Assembly: GCA_049294275.1 (NCBI GenBank)
Contig: JBAQCQ010000076.1
Coordinates: forward strand, 3,066 to 67,065
Source: Bacteroidales bacterium
GTDB lineage: Bacteria; Bacteroidota; Bacteroidia; Bacteroidales; VadinHA17
Reading direction: 5' to 3'
Length of the DNA: 64,000 nt
The stretch's first letter is position 1, and the number at the start of each line of letters is the position of its first letter. The notes under the pieces were generated by a model. It was not told where the DNA came from. It saw only the letters and a program-made list of their open reading frames with translations, and ran no database searches. Below, piece after piece: positions 38,101-47,022 of this stretch. The translations under genes were made by a program, and so were the position numbers.

Positions 38101-39828
38101 AAAGGCAAGATTGTAGAGTTTGATGAAACGCTGATCCTTGAAGAGAGCAATATCATCCAGCTCTCTCCCGGGGCATTGGGGGGCAAGGGACGTGGGCTGG
38201 CATTCATCCATACCCTGATCTACAATTTCGATATTGCAAATTACGTCCCCGGCATCAATATCAAGGCGCCGCGCACCTTTATCATCGGCACCAATGAGTT
38301 TGAGGATTTCCTCGATAACAACAAGCTCAGAAGCAGGATCTATTCTGAGACCAGTTACGAAACCATCAAGAGGCTGTTCATCGGAGGCGAGCTCTCTCAG
38401 TCCCTGATCGGGAATCTCCGGATAATCCTCGGGAAAATAACAAAGCCGCTGGCAGTCCGTTCTTCGGGCCTCTTTGAGGACTCGCTGATGCAGCCTTTCG
38501 CAGGGATTTTCGAAACCTACCTGCTTCCCAATATCAATGAGGAAATTGAAGTACGGCTCACCCAGCTCATGGATGCAATCAAGCTGGTATATGCATCCAT
38601 TTACTCCGATACGGCCCGGGGTTATATCAGCGCCATCAACTACAAGATTGAAGAGGAAAAGATGGCTGTCATTATCCAGGAGGTGGTGGGCGAGCAGTAT
38701 GAAAACACCTATTATCCGCACATCAGCGGTGTCAGCCAGTCATACAATTATTACCCCTACGGTCACATGCAGCCGGAGGACGGGTTTGCCGTGCTTGCCG
38801 TGGGCCTCGGGACCTATGTTGTTGAAGGCGAAAAGGCCTTCAGATTTTCGCCAAAATACCCCAACCTGGAAAACAATTCCCCCAAGGACCAGTTTCTGAA
38901 TTCCCAGGTTGAACTGTATGCAGTTGACCTCACCAAGAAGGAGCTGAACCTGCTGGAAGGCGACACGGCAGGGCTGGTCAGGTTAAGTATCGAAGACGCA
39001 GAGCGTCACGGGGTGATAAGGCACTGTGCATCGGTTTATTCAGCCGGGAGCAGGACTATTTACCCCGGGATAGACAGGCCCGGTCCGCGTATAATCAACT
39101 TCGCAGATATCCTGAAGTATGATTACATACCGCTGGCCAGGTCTCTGACCGAGATCCTGGATATTGTAAAGGAGGCTTTGGGCACCCCGGTTGAGATCGA
39201 GTTTGCAATTGACCTGACCAGGGACAGCGATTACAAGGCATCATTCTACCTGTTGCAGATCAAACCCATCATAGGGGCCACCCTGGACTATGAAGTGAAC
39301 ATGGATGAGATTGACAGATCACACATTCTGCTCTACACTGAAAAGAGCATGGGGAATGGCATGATCGGAAGTATTCAGGATGTCATTTATGTTGACCGCG
39401 ACCTGTTTGACAAGTCAAAAACCCTGGAAATTGCAGCGGAGATAGATGAGTTCAACGACGAGATGATCAAAAACTGCAGGCAGTATATTTTACTGGGGCC
39501 GGGCAGATGGGGCTCGCGCGACAGGTGGATCGGCATTCCTGTGACATGGCCTCAGATATGCAATGCAAAAGTGATCATTGAGACCAGCCTGGAGGATTTT
39601 CCGCTTGACGCCTCGTCAGGGTCTCATTTCTTCCACAATGTCACATCGATGAATGTGGGCTATTTTTCAGTTCAGCATAATCAGAAGGGCTCCATACTGA
39701 ACTGGGACATCCTGAGGGAGCAGAAGGTCATCAGGCAGGGGAAATATGTTGTACATGTACGGTTTGAGAAGAACCTGACTGTGAAAATGGACGGGAAGAA
39801 ACGTATTTCTGTGATTACCTGGGAATAA
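35155..39828 (+). CDS. Multi-sensor receiver-like plus PEP/pyruvate-binding (PPDK_N ATP-grasp) giant protein, paralog of 30616-33579
   Basis: 1557 aa. Four N-terminal sensor repeats, two CheY-like modules (ILIIANLYDAY; ILLVEDSAKYY...LITDVKF), GGKGRGLAFIHTL, LAVRSSGLFEDS, VIIQEVVGEQYENTYYP and GPGRWGSRDRWIGIPVTWPQI...SGSHFFHN. Confidence 0.7.
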   Translation: MEDISRWQKEIQKLLAEKIQSQKGLSIIYTINKIISRKDSVEATLLEIVKEIPKAWQFSEYAYARIKYDGREYRPDDFRESRWIQKQVFETYEKKWGAIDVFYTKQFPRADEGPFLHEERQLLENIATIVSNFLNSRLAEGRTEEVEEESALRLEQSRKQSEEKNIHDTLTQICRNMPRSWNYPEYAVARIVYGGREYLSSDKDFEDHKWCLKEEFTTIDRRSGKIEFYYLKGFPVTDEETYLKSEAVLLSNMANLITGFLNIIKGNEIINPAERGEAQPDETEGNTRIIVTINEISNRLRNGLSIDTTLGEIVNIIPGAFRSPGQIKCRIKYDEKEYSSSGMAETPVFLNARFKTISARMGSVQVFYQADSPTADEEPFLEEEKQFVETVALLVSGFINLIYGLDTVIATEIGMKKIMYEKTERLKELSCINQTTSILQAEKSVENALKQIVYIIPDAWQYPEHTVARISYDGQEYTSPGFMVTKWRQRQPFLTIDDKMGEIEVYYTKDFPDMHEGPFMKEERDLINNISSLICNYLNSRQGEVAIRKYRSDEELKQKFEAAKDFLLNKRKLLQNFLEKNNYDRDIFHDLMKFKVKEILIIANLYDAYSLEREGKFSDYILGVYYQLNLTTIPRITGVSSFEEALEKLYLKHFDLIIIMVGVDKKSPMEIAQKLKSLYQYIPIYLLLNNNEYIAFFQSEQKRTSLIDNVFVWNGDSRIFFAMVKQLEDYVNVENDTKVGYSRIILLVEDSAKYYSRYIPLLYHCVMEQTRRIIDDVSTMDELYKVLRLRVRPKILMASNYEEAMRIFKKYNEFFLCLITDVKFQKDGLFDENAGFELVRAIKAEIPDLPTIIQSSDRENEKQAKELNCVFIYKNSDTLAQDIRNFISFHLGFGDFIYKDETGRTIGTAKNMNEFEIQLQSIPTETLLYHARKNHFSLWLTARGEIQLAREIAPKKISDFRNAESLRDYLVDAVKRLKYEKNKGKIVEFDETLILEESNIIQLSPGALGGKGRGLAFIHTLIYNFDIANYVPGINIKAPRTFIIGTNEFEDFLDNNKLRSRIYSETSYETIKRLFIGGELSQSLIGNLRIILGKITKPLAVRSSGLFEDSLMQPFAGIFETYLLPNINEEIEVRLTQLMDAIKLVYASIYSDTARGYISAINYKIEEEKMAVIIQEVVGEQYENTYYPHISGVSQSYNYYPYGHMQPEDGFAVLAVGLGTYVVEGEKAFRFSPKYPNLENNSPKDQFLNSQVELYAVDLTKKELNLLEGDTAGLVRLSIEDAERHGVIRHCASVYSAGSRTIYPGIDRPGPRIINFADILKYDYIPLARSLTEILDIVKEALGTPVEIEFAIDLTRDSDYKASFYLLQIKPIIGATLDYEVNMDEIDRSHILLYTEKSMGNGMIGSIQDVIYVDRDLFDKSKTLEIAAEIDEFNDEMIKNCRQYILLGPGRWGSRDRWIGIPVTWPQICNAKVIIETSLEDFPLDASSGSHFFHNVTSMNVGYFSVQHNQKGSILNWDILREQKVIRQGKYVVHVRFEKNLTVKMDGKKRISVITWE
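35236..36792 (+). repeat. Four tandem ~110-130-codon sensor-like modules
   Basis: Each has the shape ...IV.(I)P.AWQYPE...ARI.Y.G.EY...(K)W......T.....G.I.V(F)Y.K.FP...EGPF(L/M).EE..L..N...L...(F)LN. They correspond to roughly residues 28-135, 165-270, 290-400 and 425-545. Confidence 0.7.
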
Positions 39829-39870
39829 TGGTCTGAAGGCCGGAAGGTCTATTGTATGAAGGTCTTGCGG

Positions 39871-41016
39871 TTACAGGTCCTTCTGATAGATACGGAATTT
39901 CTTGACCACTTTGCAGCCGATTCTTTCGTATTCCCCTCTCATCCTGACATTATCTTCGAGAACAAGGTGACTGTCCAGGCTTTTCATACGGCTGTTTATA
40001 CCGTCCTGGAGTATCTTGACACCCATCAGTACATCGATGCCCTTTCCCCTGAACTCCTTCTTCACTCCTCCCAGCATCATTATGAGTTTCTTTGATCTTT
40101 TTGACTCCCTGAGAACCCGGAGAATGCCGAAGGGAAGCAGCCTCCCGCGGCAGGCTTTAATGCCCGCGCTGAGGTCCGGCATGCCGATGGCGAAGCCGAT
40201 GAGCCGGCCATCCTTTTCGACAACCTTGATGAATTTAGGATCGAGAATGGGAAGATATCGTGCCGCAAAATCGGATTTCTCCCTGTCAGTAAGCGGAACA
40301 AAGCCGTAAATCTCCGAGAACGTTTCATTCATGAGCTCCAGAATGCTCAGAATGTAAGGTTTGAGTTTCTTTTTGGTCGGGAATTCTGTGATTGTAAATT
40401 CTCCGGTTCTGTTTATTCTTTCCAGCACTCTTTCATAGACTTCCGGGAACTCCTTTGGCATATCACCGAGGTAATTCACGAGGTCAACCTTTTTTACATA
40501 GCCCTCCTTTTCGATCAGGTCTGGCATGTATGGGGAATTGTTTGAGCTGGTAATGAACTGCGGATATTCAAACCCTTCGATCTGAAATCCCTGCGGATCC
40601 TTGTCGGAGAAGCCCAGCGGTCCTATCATTTTTATCATCCCGTTCTGCCTGGCCCAGTCTTCAACCCTTCCAATCAGAGTTTGGAACACCTCCCTGTCAT
40701 CGTAGCATTCCATGAAGCAGAAGCGGCCATGCTGCTCATTGTGGATATCATTGTATCTCCTGTTTATGAGCCCCATGATCCTTCCCACCGGTTTGCCGTC
40801 CCTGTAAGCAAGCAGGATCAGGGCATCGGCGTAGCTAAAAGACTTGTTTTTCTTCCTGTCATAAATCTCCCACTCATCCATGTAGATTGGCGGCAGCCAG
40901 TCAGACTCATTGCGGTGAACATTCTCAGGCAGGTAGATGAAATCACGCAGATCTTTCCGAGTGACGACTTCTTTAACGGTTATTTCTCCCATGGTGGTCA
41001 GGTTGGCTTGGAACAA
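39871..41016 (-). CDS. GNAT-like acyl/acetyltransferase-fold protein (~380 aa) of unknown substrate
   Basis: 381-aa ORF. C-terminal MMLGGVKKEFRGKGID...LEDNVRMRGEYERIGCKVVK looks like a GNAT acyl-CoA-binding motif. Last gene of a tight 3-gene operon. Confidence 0.5.
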   Translation of the reverse strand: MFQANLTTMGEITVKEVVTRKDLRDFIYLPENVHRNESDWLPPIYMDEWEIYDRKKNKSFSYADALILLAYRDGKPVGRIMGLINRRYNDIHNEQHGRFCFMECYDDREVFQTLIGRVEDWARQNGMIKMIGPLGFSDKDPQGFQIEGFEYPQFITSSNNSPYMPDLIEKEGYVKKVDLVNYLGDMPKEFPEVYERVLERINRTGEFTITEFPTKKKLKPYILSILELMNETFSEIYGFVPLTDREKSDFAARYLPILDPKFIKVVEKDGRLIGFAIGMPDLSAGIKACRGRLLPFGILRVLRESKRSKKLIMMLGGVKKEFRGKGIDVLMGVKILQDGINSRMKSLDSHLVLEDNVRMRGEYERIGCKVVKKFRIYQKDL

Positions 41017-41023
41017 ATATATA

Positions 41024-41740
41024 CTATGATTTTAATTGAGCTTCCTTTTTGTCAATTTCATCAGCCACCCGCAGCAGTTTCCTGGTGTCAATGATGTTGA
41101 CGACAAAGATGGCTGCTACCAGAAGGATTGCCGAGAATATGATTGATCCGGGAAGCAGCACCTCTGCCACCATGATTGCGCCGACCATTATCCTTACTTC
41201 CGTGGGACCCAGTTTGCCGATGTCAATCGCATATTTACCCGTAATTTTATATCTTATAAGGGCAAGTATGATTTCCCAGGCGTACATTGTGACAAATCCA
41301 TAGCCGAACACCTCCCAGATGCCATCGGCATAAATGATATAACCCAGGCCAATAAGGATAATGCTTAACCAGTCAATCGTTATGTCAAGGGTAAATCCAT
41401 ACTGCTTCCTTGGCTTGTTACGGTAATAGGCCAGTCTTCCGTCAAGTGAATCTCCGAACCAGTTTATAATGAACCCCGGCAGACCGAGAAATAGCCAGGC
41501 TCTTCCGAAATAGCTGGCCAGAACGAAACCTGCGAGCACGATTATATACCCGAAAAATCCCACCCCCGTCAGGAAGTTCGAGGTGATCCGTTGGGGAATG
41601 CGCTGAACGAGCCAGGAAATAAGCTGTTGCTCATATTTTTTCAGAAGGTTTGTGCGGGCCCTGTCACTGAAAACAGCACTCAGGACCTCGCTTGTTTTCA
41701 GCGGCTTTCTGATTTTGACTTCCTTTTTACTGTCAGGCAT
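41024..41740 (-). CDS. CDP-alcohol phosphatidyltransferase family protein
   Basis: GDSLDGRLAYYRNKPRKQYGFTLDITID fits D-x2-DG-x2-A(R)-x8-G-x3-D-x3-D, with Y in place of R. Polytopic membrane protein. Confidence 0.75.
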   Translation of the reverse strand: MPDSKKEVKIRKPLKTSEVLSAVFSDRARTNLLKKYEQQLISWLVQRIPQRITSNFLTGVGFFGYIIVLAGFVLASYFGRAWLFLGLPGFIINWFGDSLDGRLAYYRNKPRKQYGFTLDITIDWLSIILIGLGYIIYADGIWEVFGYGFVTMYAWEIILALIRYKITGKYAIDIGKLGPTEVRIMVGAIMVAEVLLPGSIIFSAILLVAAIFVVNIIDTRKLLRVADEIDKKEAQLKS

Positions 41741-41759
41741 ATGAGTTGGATTTTTGGAA

Positions 41760-42677
41760 CTATGGTGTAATCATTTTTCGGGAAACGAAATTTTCAGGCA
41801 GGGGCATTTCGTAGACCTTTTTTCTCAGGAATTCACCAAGGGATTCATGATCAGCAAATTGCTGCTGTTCTTCAACGGTTATCATACTGCCGATGCCGAT
41901 TCGCGGCTGATGCTCCTTTTTATTGAACACCTCTGACGGAAGTCTGAGCAGGCGCACCCTCCAGTTGATCAGTCCCAGGAAATAGAAGAAAGCTGAGTTT
42001 TTGTCGAAGAACCTGATCGGGATGACCGGTACTTTGACCGAGTGTATCAGGTGCAGTATGCCTGACTGCCACTTCCTGTCCCTGATCCTCAGATCCCTCA
42101 GGCTGAAGTCGGAGACGGCTCCTGAGGGGAAAAAGCCCATCGGGTGTCCGTTCCGGAGATGCTCTAGTGATTCGCGGATTCCCCTGAGGCTGGCGGCTTT
42201 TATGGCTGTCATTTTGTTGCCTGTCGGCACCACTGAAACAAAATTGTCATTCAGCGTCTTTACCATGGAAATAATCCGGTTGACCATGAATTTATAATCG
42301 GGGCGCAGCCTGGCAAAGATATCAATTGACATTATCCCGTCGAGACCGCCGTAAGGATGGTTAGAAACCGTGATGAACGGCCCTCCGGGCAGGTTCTCCA
42401 GCCGTTCTGCGTTTCCTACAAAATAGTTCACCCCGAGGTCATCGAGGAGCCTCGAAGTGAAATCAACACCGGTCCAGGCCCCTGAATGATCATATACCTG
42501 ATTGATCTTGTCAATGGCCAGTAGCCGCATTACGAGTGTGGCCAGGCGGTGACCTCTTTCGCCCCTGAAGAGGAAAGAGAGTGCTTCGAAATCCTTTAGA
42601 TCAACTACTTTCATAGCGGTGCCCACAAATTTACTAATATTCCCGTACATCTGCAGGAAGGGATAATATTTGAGCAA
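41760..42677 (-). CDS. PlsC/LPLAT-family acyltransferase (OlsA/GlsA-like)
   Basis: VSNHPYGGLDG (H-x4-D acyltransferase motif) and FFPSGAVS (motif III-like). A more likely start is MKVVDLKD at 42614. Confidence 0.7.
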   Translation of the reverse strand: MLKYYPFLQMYGNISKFVGTAMKVVDLKDFEALSFLFRGERGHRLATLVMRLLAIDKINQVYDHSGAWTGVDFTSRLLDDLGVNYFVGNAERLENLPGGPFITVSNHPYGGLDGIMSIDIFARLRPDYKFMVNRIISMVKTLNDNFVSVVPTGNKMTAIKAASLRGIRESLEHLRNGHPMGFFPSGAVSDFSLRDLRIRDRKWQSGILHLIHSVKVPVIPIRFFDKNSAFFYFLGLINWRVRLLRLPSEVFNKKEHQPRIGIGSMITVEEQQQFADHESLGEFLRKKVYEMPLPENFVSRKMITP

Positions 42678-42801
42678 CCTGGTACATGGGATCGGTTTGC
42701 ACGGCCGTACATTTCATGGTTAACAATATTACCGAAAATGAATATATTTAACCCCTGATACCGGGATGATAACCAAAAATCAAACTCAAGAATACCTGCA
42801 C

Positions 42802-44370
42802 ATGAAAAAAACAAACCTCGTCACGATTGCACTGTCTGCTTTTGCAATACTAAGCATAACAGCCTGTTCCACAACCCCGACAGACATGACAAAGGCGAAT
42901 CTTATCCCGAAACCGGTGTCAGTAACAGCCACCGGCGAAACATTCAGCCTGACCCGCAACAGCGACATCTTCGTTTCGGATGAGTCAGATGAGCTTAACC
43001 GGATTGGACAGATCCTAGCAGATAAGCTCAATCCTTCAACAGGTCTCGGCCTGAAGGTCCTTACTGATGGGAGCAAACCCGGAAAGGGAGATATCCTTCT
43101 TACTCTTTCGGGGGGTGATGAAGAGCTTGGCGATGAAGGATATGAGCTGGAAGTCACGGGCAAACTATTGAAAATTTCTGCAAATAAACCGGCAGGTCTG
43201 TTTTACGGAGCTCAGACCGTCAGGCAGCTTTTGACCGCCAGTGTTGAAATGACGACGCTTCAGGAAGGTCCGTGGAAAATTCCCACCGGAACGATACGTG
43301 ATTACCCCGTTTATTCATACCGCGGTATGATGCGCGATGTTGCACGCCATTTCTTCAGTGCGGAGGATATTAAGATCTTTATTGACCAGATGGCAGCTTA
43401 CAAGATGAATGTACTGCACCTTCACCTTGCTGATGATCAGGGCTGGCGGATTGAGATAAGCTCCTGGCCCAACCTGGCCATCCACGGAGGAAGCACCCAG
43501 GTCGGAGGCGGCGACGGAGGCTATTACACCAGGGAACAGTATGCCGATATGGTGAAATATGCTGCAGAGAGATATGTCACAATCATCCCCGAGATTGACA
43601 TGCCGGGCCACACAAATGCCGCCCTGGCTTCATATCCCGAGCTGAACATAAGCAGGAAAGCCACGGAATTGTACACTGGAACTGACGTGGGATTCAGCAC
43701 TCTTGACACGAAGTCCGAGACTACCTGCAAATTTGTGGATGATGTCTTCCGCGAGCTCACCGCCCTGACCCCCGGGCCTTACCTTCACATCGGGGGCGAC
43801 GAATCTCATTCCACAAAGCTTGAGGATTACATTCCGTTTGTCAACAGGGTTCAGGATATAGTTGCCGCTCACGGCAAGTTGGTGATCGGATGGGACGAGA
43901 TTGCGCTGGCCACACTGAAGCCCAACACTGTGGTCCAGTACTGGGCAAAAGCTGAAAATGCCATAAAAGGTGTACAGCAGGGCGCAAAGGTGCTGATGTC
44001 GCCCTCGAAATACGCATACATCGACATGCAGTATGATTCGACCAGTATTTACGGGTTGCATTGGGCCGGGTACATCGAAGTGGATCATGGTTACAACTGG
44101 GATCCCGCCACACTCGTGCCTGAAATAAAAAGGGAAAATATCATCGGGATCGAAGCTCCGCTGTGGGCTGAAACTATTTCGAACCGTACGGAAGCTGAGT
44201 ACCTACTCTTCCCGAGGCTGCTGGGTTACGCCGAGATCGGATGGACACCTGCAGCACAGCGCAGCTGGGATGAGTACAGGGTACGTCTTGCATCTCACGG
44301 CGCACGTATGGAAAACATGGGCATAGGCTTTTACCGGTCAAACAAGGTGGAGTGGGGGAAGCAGGAATAA
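42802..44370 (+). CDS. GH20 beta-N-acetylhexosaminidase (lipoprotein)
   Basis: The ORF is open from 42766, but the lipoprotein signal MKKTNLVTIALSAFAILSITAC starts at 42802. RDYPVYSYRGMMRDVARHF, HLHLADDQGWRIE and HIGGDE (catalytic D-E). Confidence 0.88.
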   Translation: MKKTNLVTIALSAFAILSITACSTTPTDMTKANLIPKPVSVTATGETFSLTRNSDIFVSDESDELNRIGQILADKLNPSTGLGLKVLTDGSKPGKGDILLTLSGGDEELGDEGYELEVTGKLLKISANKPAGLFYGAQTVRQLLTASVEMTTLQEGPWKIPTGTIRDYPVYSYRGMMRDVARHFFSAEDIKIFIDQMAAYKMNVLHLHLADDQGWRIEISSWPNLAIHGGSTQVGGGDGGYYTREQYADMVKYAAERYVTIIPEIDMPGHTNAALASYPELNISRKATELYTGTDVGFSTLDTKSETTCKFVDDVFRELTALTPGPYLHIGGDESHSTKLEDYIPFVNRVQDIVAAHGKLVIGWDEIALATLKPNTVVQYWAKAENAIKGVQQGAKVLMSPSKYAYIDMQYDSTSIYGLHWAGYIEVDHGYNWDPATLVPEIKRENIIGIEAPLWAETISNRTEAEYLLFPRLLGYAEIGWTPAAQRSWDEYRVRLASHGARMENMGIGFYRSNKVEWGKQE

Positions 44371-44450
44371 AAGCCTGGCATTGCGGCCGGGGGTGACGCC
44401 CTGGCATATTTTAAACATTTGTATATTTTTATTGCGAAAAAACTTCAAGG

Positions 44451-45926
44451 ATGAGAAACGGGTTACTTCTTATTGTTGTGGCGTTGCTGGCGGCCTGTAC
44501 CGGCAACAGGGGTTCCGATAAGCCCTCGGGTGCGGTGGCAGAGGAGCCGGCGTTCAGTGCAGCTTCCGGAAAGGTTGTTGTCTATACCACGGCCGAATCG
44601 ACTTCATTCCGGCTTTCGGCTACCGATACGCTGACATTCACCGACTTTGGACAGCCGCTGGAGACCCAGCCTTCGCTTTTTGTTGATCCTTCAAAAAGGT
44701 TTCAGACTTTCCTGGGTATAGGCGGCGCCTTCACCGATGCTGCAGCCGAGACATGGGCAAAGCTGCCACAGGCCCGCCAGGATGAGCTTATTAACGCATA
44801 TTTTGACTCTTCGGCGGGTATTGGGTATTCATTCGGCAGGACCAACATGAACAGCTGCGATTTTTCGAGCGACATGTACACCTATGTTGAGGATGGCGAC
44901 ATTGAGCTTAAGACATTCAGCATTGCCCACGACGAGAAGTACAAGATACCCCTTATCAAAAAAGCAATGGAGAAGGCCGGGGGAAACCTTCCTCTCTTTG
45001 TCAGCCCGTGGAGTCCTCCGGCATGGATGAAGGACAATAACAACATGCTGCAGGGAGGCAGGCTGCTGCCGGATTATTACCAGCCGTGGGCAAATTACTA
45101 TGTTAAGTACATACAGGCTCTTGAGCAGAGCGGCGTGCCGGTCTGGGGTCTTTCGGTTCAGAATGAGCCTATGGCAAAACAGACATGGGAAAGCTGTATT
45201 TACACTGCAGAAGAAGAGCGGGACTTCATCAGCGATTACCTTGGTCCTACACTTCACGGCAGTGGTCTTGCCGGCAAAAAACTAATCGCCTGGGATCATA
45301 ACCGCGACCTGATCTATCACAGGGCATCATCAATACTGAGTGATTCCGCAGCTGCAAGATATGTATGGGGTATAGGCTTTCACTGGTACGAGGTATGGAA
45401 TGGCGGCAGACAGTATGAAAATGTAAAACGCGTAGCGGAGGCATTTCCCGGGATGAACCTTCTTCTTACCGAGGCCTGCAATTACCCGTTCAGTTGGAAG
45501 ACAATGGATCAGTGGCAGTGGGGAGAGCAGTACGGTGAGAATATGATCCACGACTTCAACAACGGCGCAGTGGCGTGGACTGACTGGAACATTCTTCTTG
45601 ATGAGACCGGAGGCCCGAACCATGTCGGCAATTTCTGTTTTGCGCCTGTTCATGCCAGGACGAGTGACGGCAGCCTGCATTACATGAACTCGTATTATTA
45701 CATAGGCCATTTTTCGAAGTTCATCAGGCCGGGTGCAGTCAGGATCATAAGCTCATCGAGCAGGGCACAGCTGCTGACAACAGCCTTCATGAATACTGAC
45801 AGCACCCTTGTAGTTGTGGTAATGAATCCTACGGAAGAGGAGATCAGCTACAGGCTGTACATAGGGGGTAAGGCTGCTGTCACCGTCAGCCTTCCGCATT
45901 CGATCTGTACAATGGTCACACAATAA
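44451..45926 (+). CDS. GH30 glucosylceramidase-like O-glycosyl hydrolase
   Basis: FLGIGGAFTDAAA, SPWSPPAWMK, SVQNEP (acid/base Glu), LLLTEAC (nucleophile Glu). Confidence 0.85.
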   Translation: MRNGLLLIVVALLAACTGNRGSDKPSGAVAEEPAFSAASGKVVVYTTAESTSFRLSATDTLTFTDFGQPLETQPSLFVDPSKRFQTFLGIGGAFTDAAAETWAKLPQARQDELINAYFDSSAGIGYSFGRTNMNSCDFSSDMYTYVEDGDIELKTFSIAHDEKYKIPLIKKAMEKAGGNLPLFVSPWSPPAWMKDNNNMLQGGRLLPDYYQPWANYYVKYIQALEQSGVPVWGLSVQNEPMAKQTWESCIYTAEEERDFISDYLGPTLHGSGLAGKKLIAWDHNRDLIYHRASSILSDSAAARYVWGIGFHWYEVWNGGRQYENVKRVAEAFPGMNLLLTEACNYPFSWKTMDQWQWGEQYGENMIHDFNNGAVAWTDWNILLDETGGPNHVGNFCFAPVHARTSDGSLHYMNSYYYIGHFSKFIRPGAVRIISSSSRAQLLTTAFMNTDSTLVVVVMNPTEEEISYRLYIGGKAAVTVSLPHSICTMVTQ

Positions 45927-45934
45927 AAAAACTC

Positions 45935-46817
45935 ATGGAAAATCGGAGAAAATGGGTTTTCATTGTCAACCCGTGGCCGGTAACGGCCATGCACTGATTC
46001 TTGTCGATAAGATCAGGCAGATGGCTGACCTCCACAGCTGGAGGCAGATATAGTAAACACCGAAAGGAAATCTCACGCCACCGAACTGGCCGAGCAGTTT
46101 GCATCCAGAGGATATAACTGCATCATAGGTGTAAGTGGAGACGGAACCATGAACGAAATAGCGGCTCCGCCAGTCAACCGTAAAGACATTGTCATCGGGC
46201 TGATTGCCGGCGGCACCGGGAATGATCTTATACAGGTAACCGGGTTTCCCGACAGCTTCCGGGAGGAAGACCGGGAGATGTTTTTCAGGATGAATGTAAC
46301 GCCCATGAATGCCGGCACCTGTAACGGGAAGATCATTTTGAACGGCATGGGACTGGGTTTCGATGCGCAGGTGGCGTCAGAGAATTACACTGAATCAAGG
46401 GAGGTGAAGCCTGGAGGCAAGGGGAAATATATTTGGCACATATTGAAAACGCTCTTCTTTTACCGGGAGAAAACGATGAAAGTGATTTGCAACGTCTCAA
46501 CCTATGAAACTGACTGTTTCATGAATACGGTAGCAAACGGAAGGAGATTTGCAGGATCATTCTACCTGACACCGAGAGCCATGGCTAATGAATCTCTGCC
46601 GGACATCTGCGCAATAAAAAGGCTTAATCTGTTTCAGAGGCTCAGAATTCTGCTCATGGTGCCGTCCGGAACACATGTCAACAATGAGCATGTCAACTAT
46701 TACCAGACTGCCATGCTGGGGCTTATCTCCGGAAAGAGTTTCCTCTTTCCCGGGAGCTGGCCGGTCACCTGGCTGAATCCGTCAAAGATGACAGAGTTAG
46801 ATAGGAGAAGAGTATAA
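45935..46817 (+). pseudogene. YegS/BmrU-type lipid (diacylglycerol) kinase with at least two frameshifts
   Basis: MENRRKWVFIVNP is in frame 2 (stop at 45995), VAGNGHALILVDKIRQMADLHS is in frame 1 (stop at 46051), and LEADIVNTERKSHATELAEQFASRGYNCIIGVSGDGTMNEI...AGGTGNDL continues in frame 3 to 46817. The 3' end also looks degenerate. Confidence 0.7.
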
Positions 46818-47022
46818 GTCCATGCTCCATTACTGAAAAGAAAAAAATCCTGCTGACAGCGCGGCAGGAACGAACATTGATACGGCAAAGAAGAGGGTAT
46901 GACGGTTTCCTGATTTGACCCGGAGATTGGCAAGTTCCAGGAATCCGGCAATGATTACAACAATCGCAAAATATCTGAACAGGATGACTTTTATGGCGAT
47001 GCTGAAAAAGACCAGGCTGATT

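Noticed and set aside
37717-38721. Long antisense ORFs inside large genes: 334 aa at 37717-38721, 275 aa at 31279-32106, 176 aa at 11471-12001, 164 aa at 51054-51548, 152 aa at 43630-44088, and many 60-140-aa ORFs in the track.
   Set aside because: All lie fully within, and opposite or out of frame to, genes with strong family motifs. Their translations are low-complexity (Arg/Ser/Pro-rich) with no recognisable motifs. They are typical shadow ORFs.
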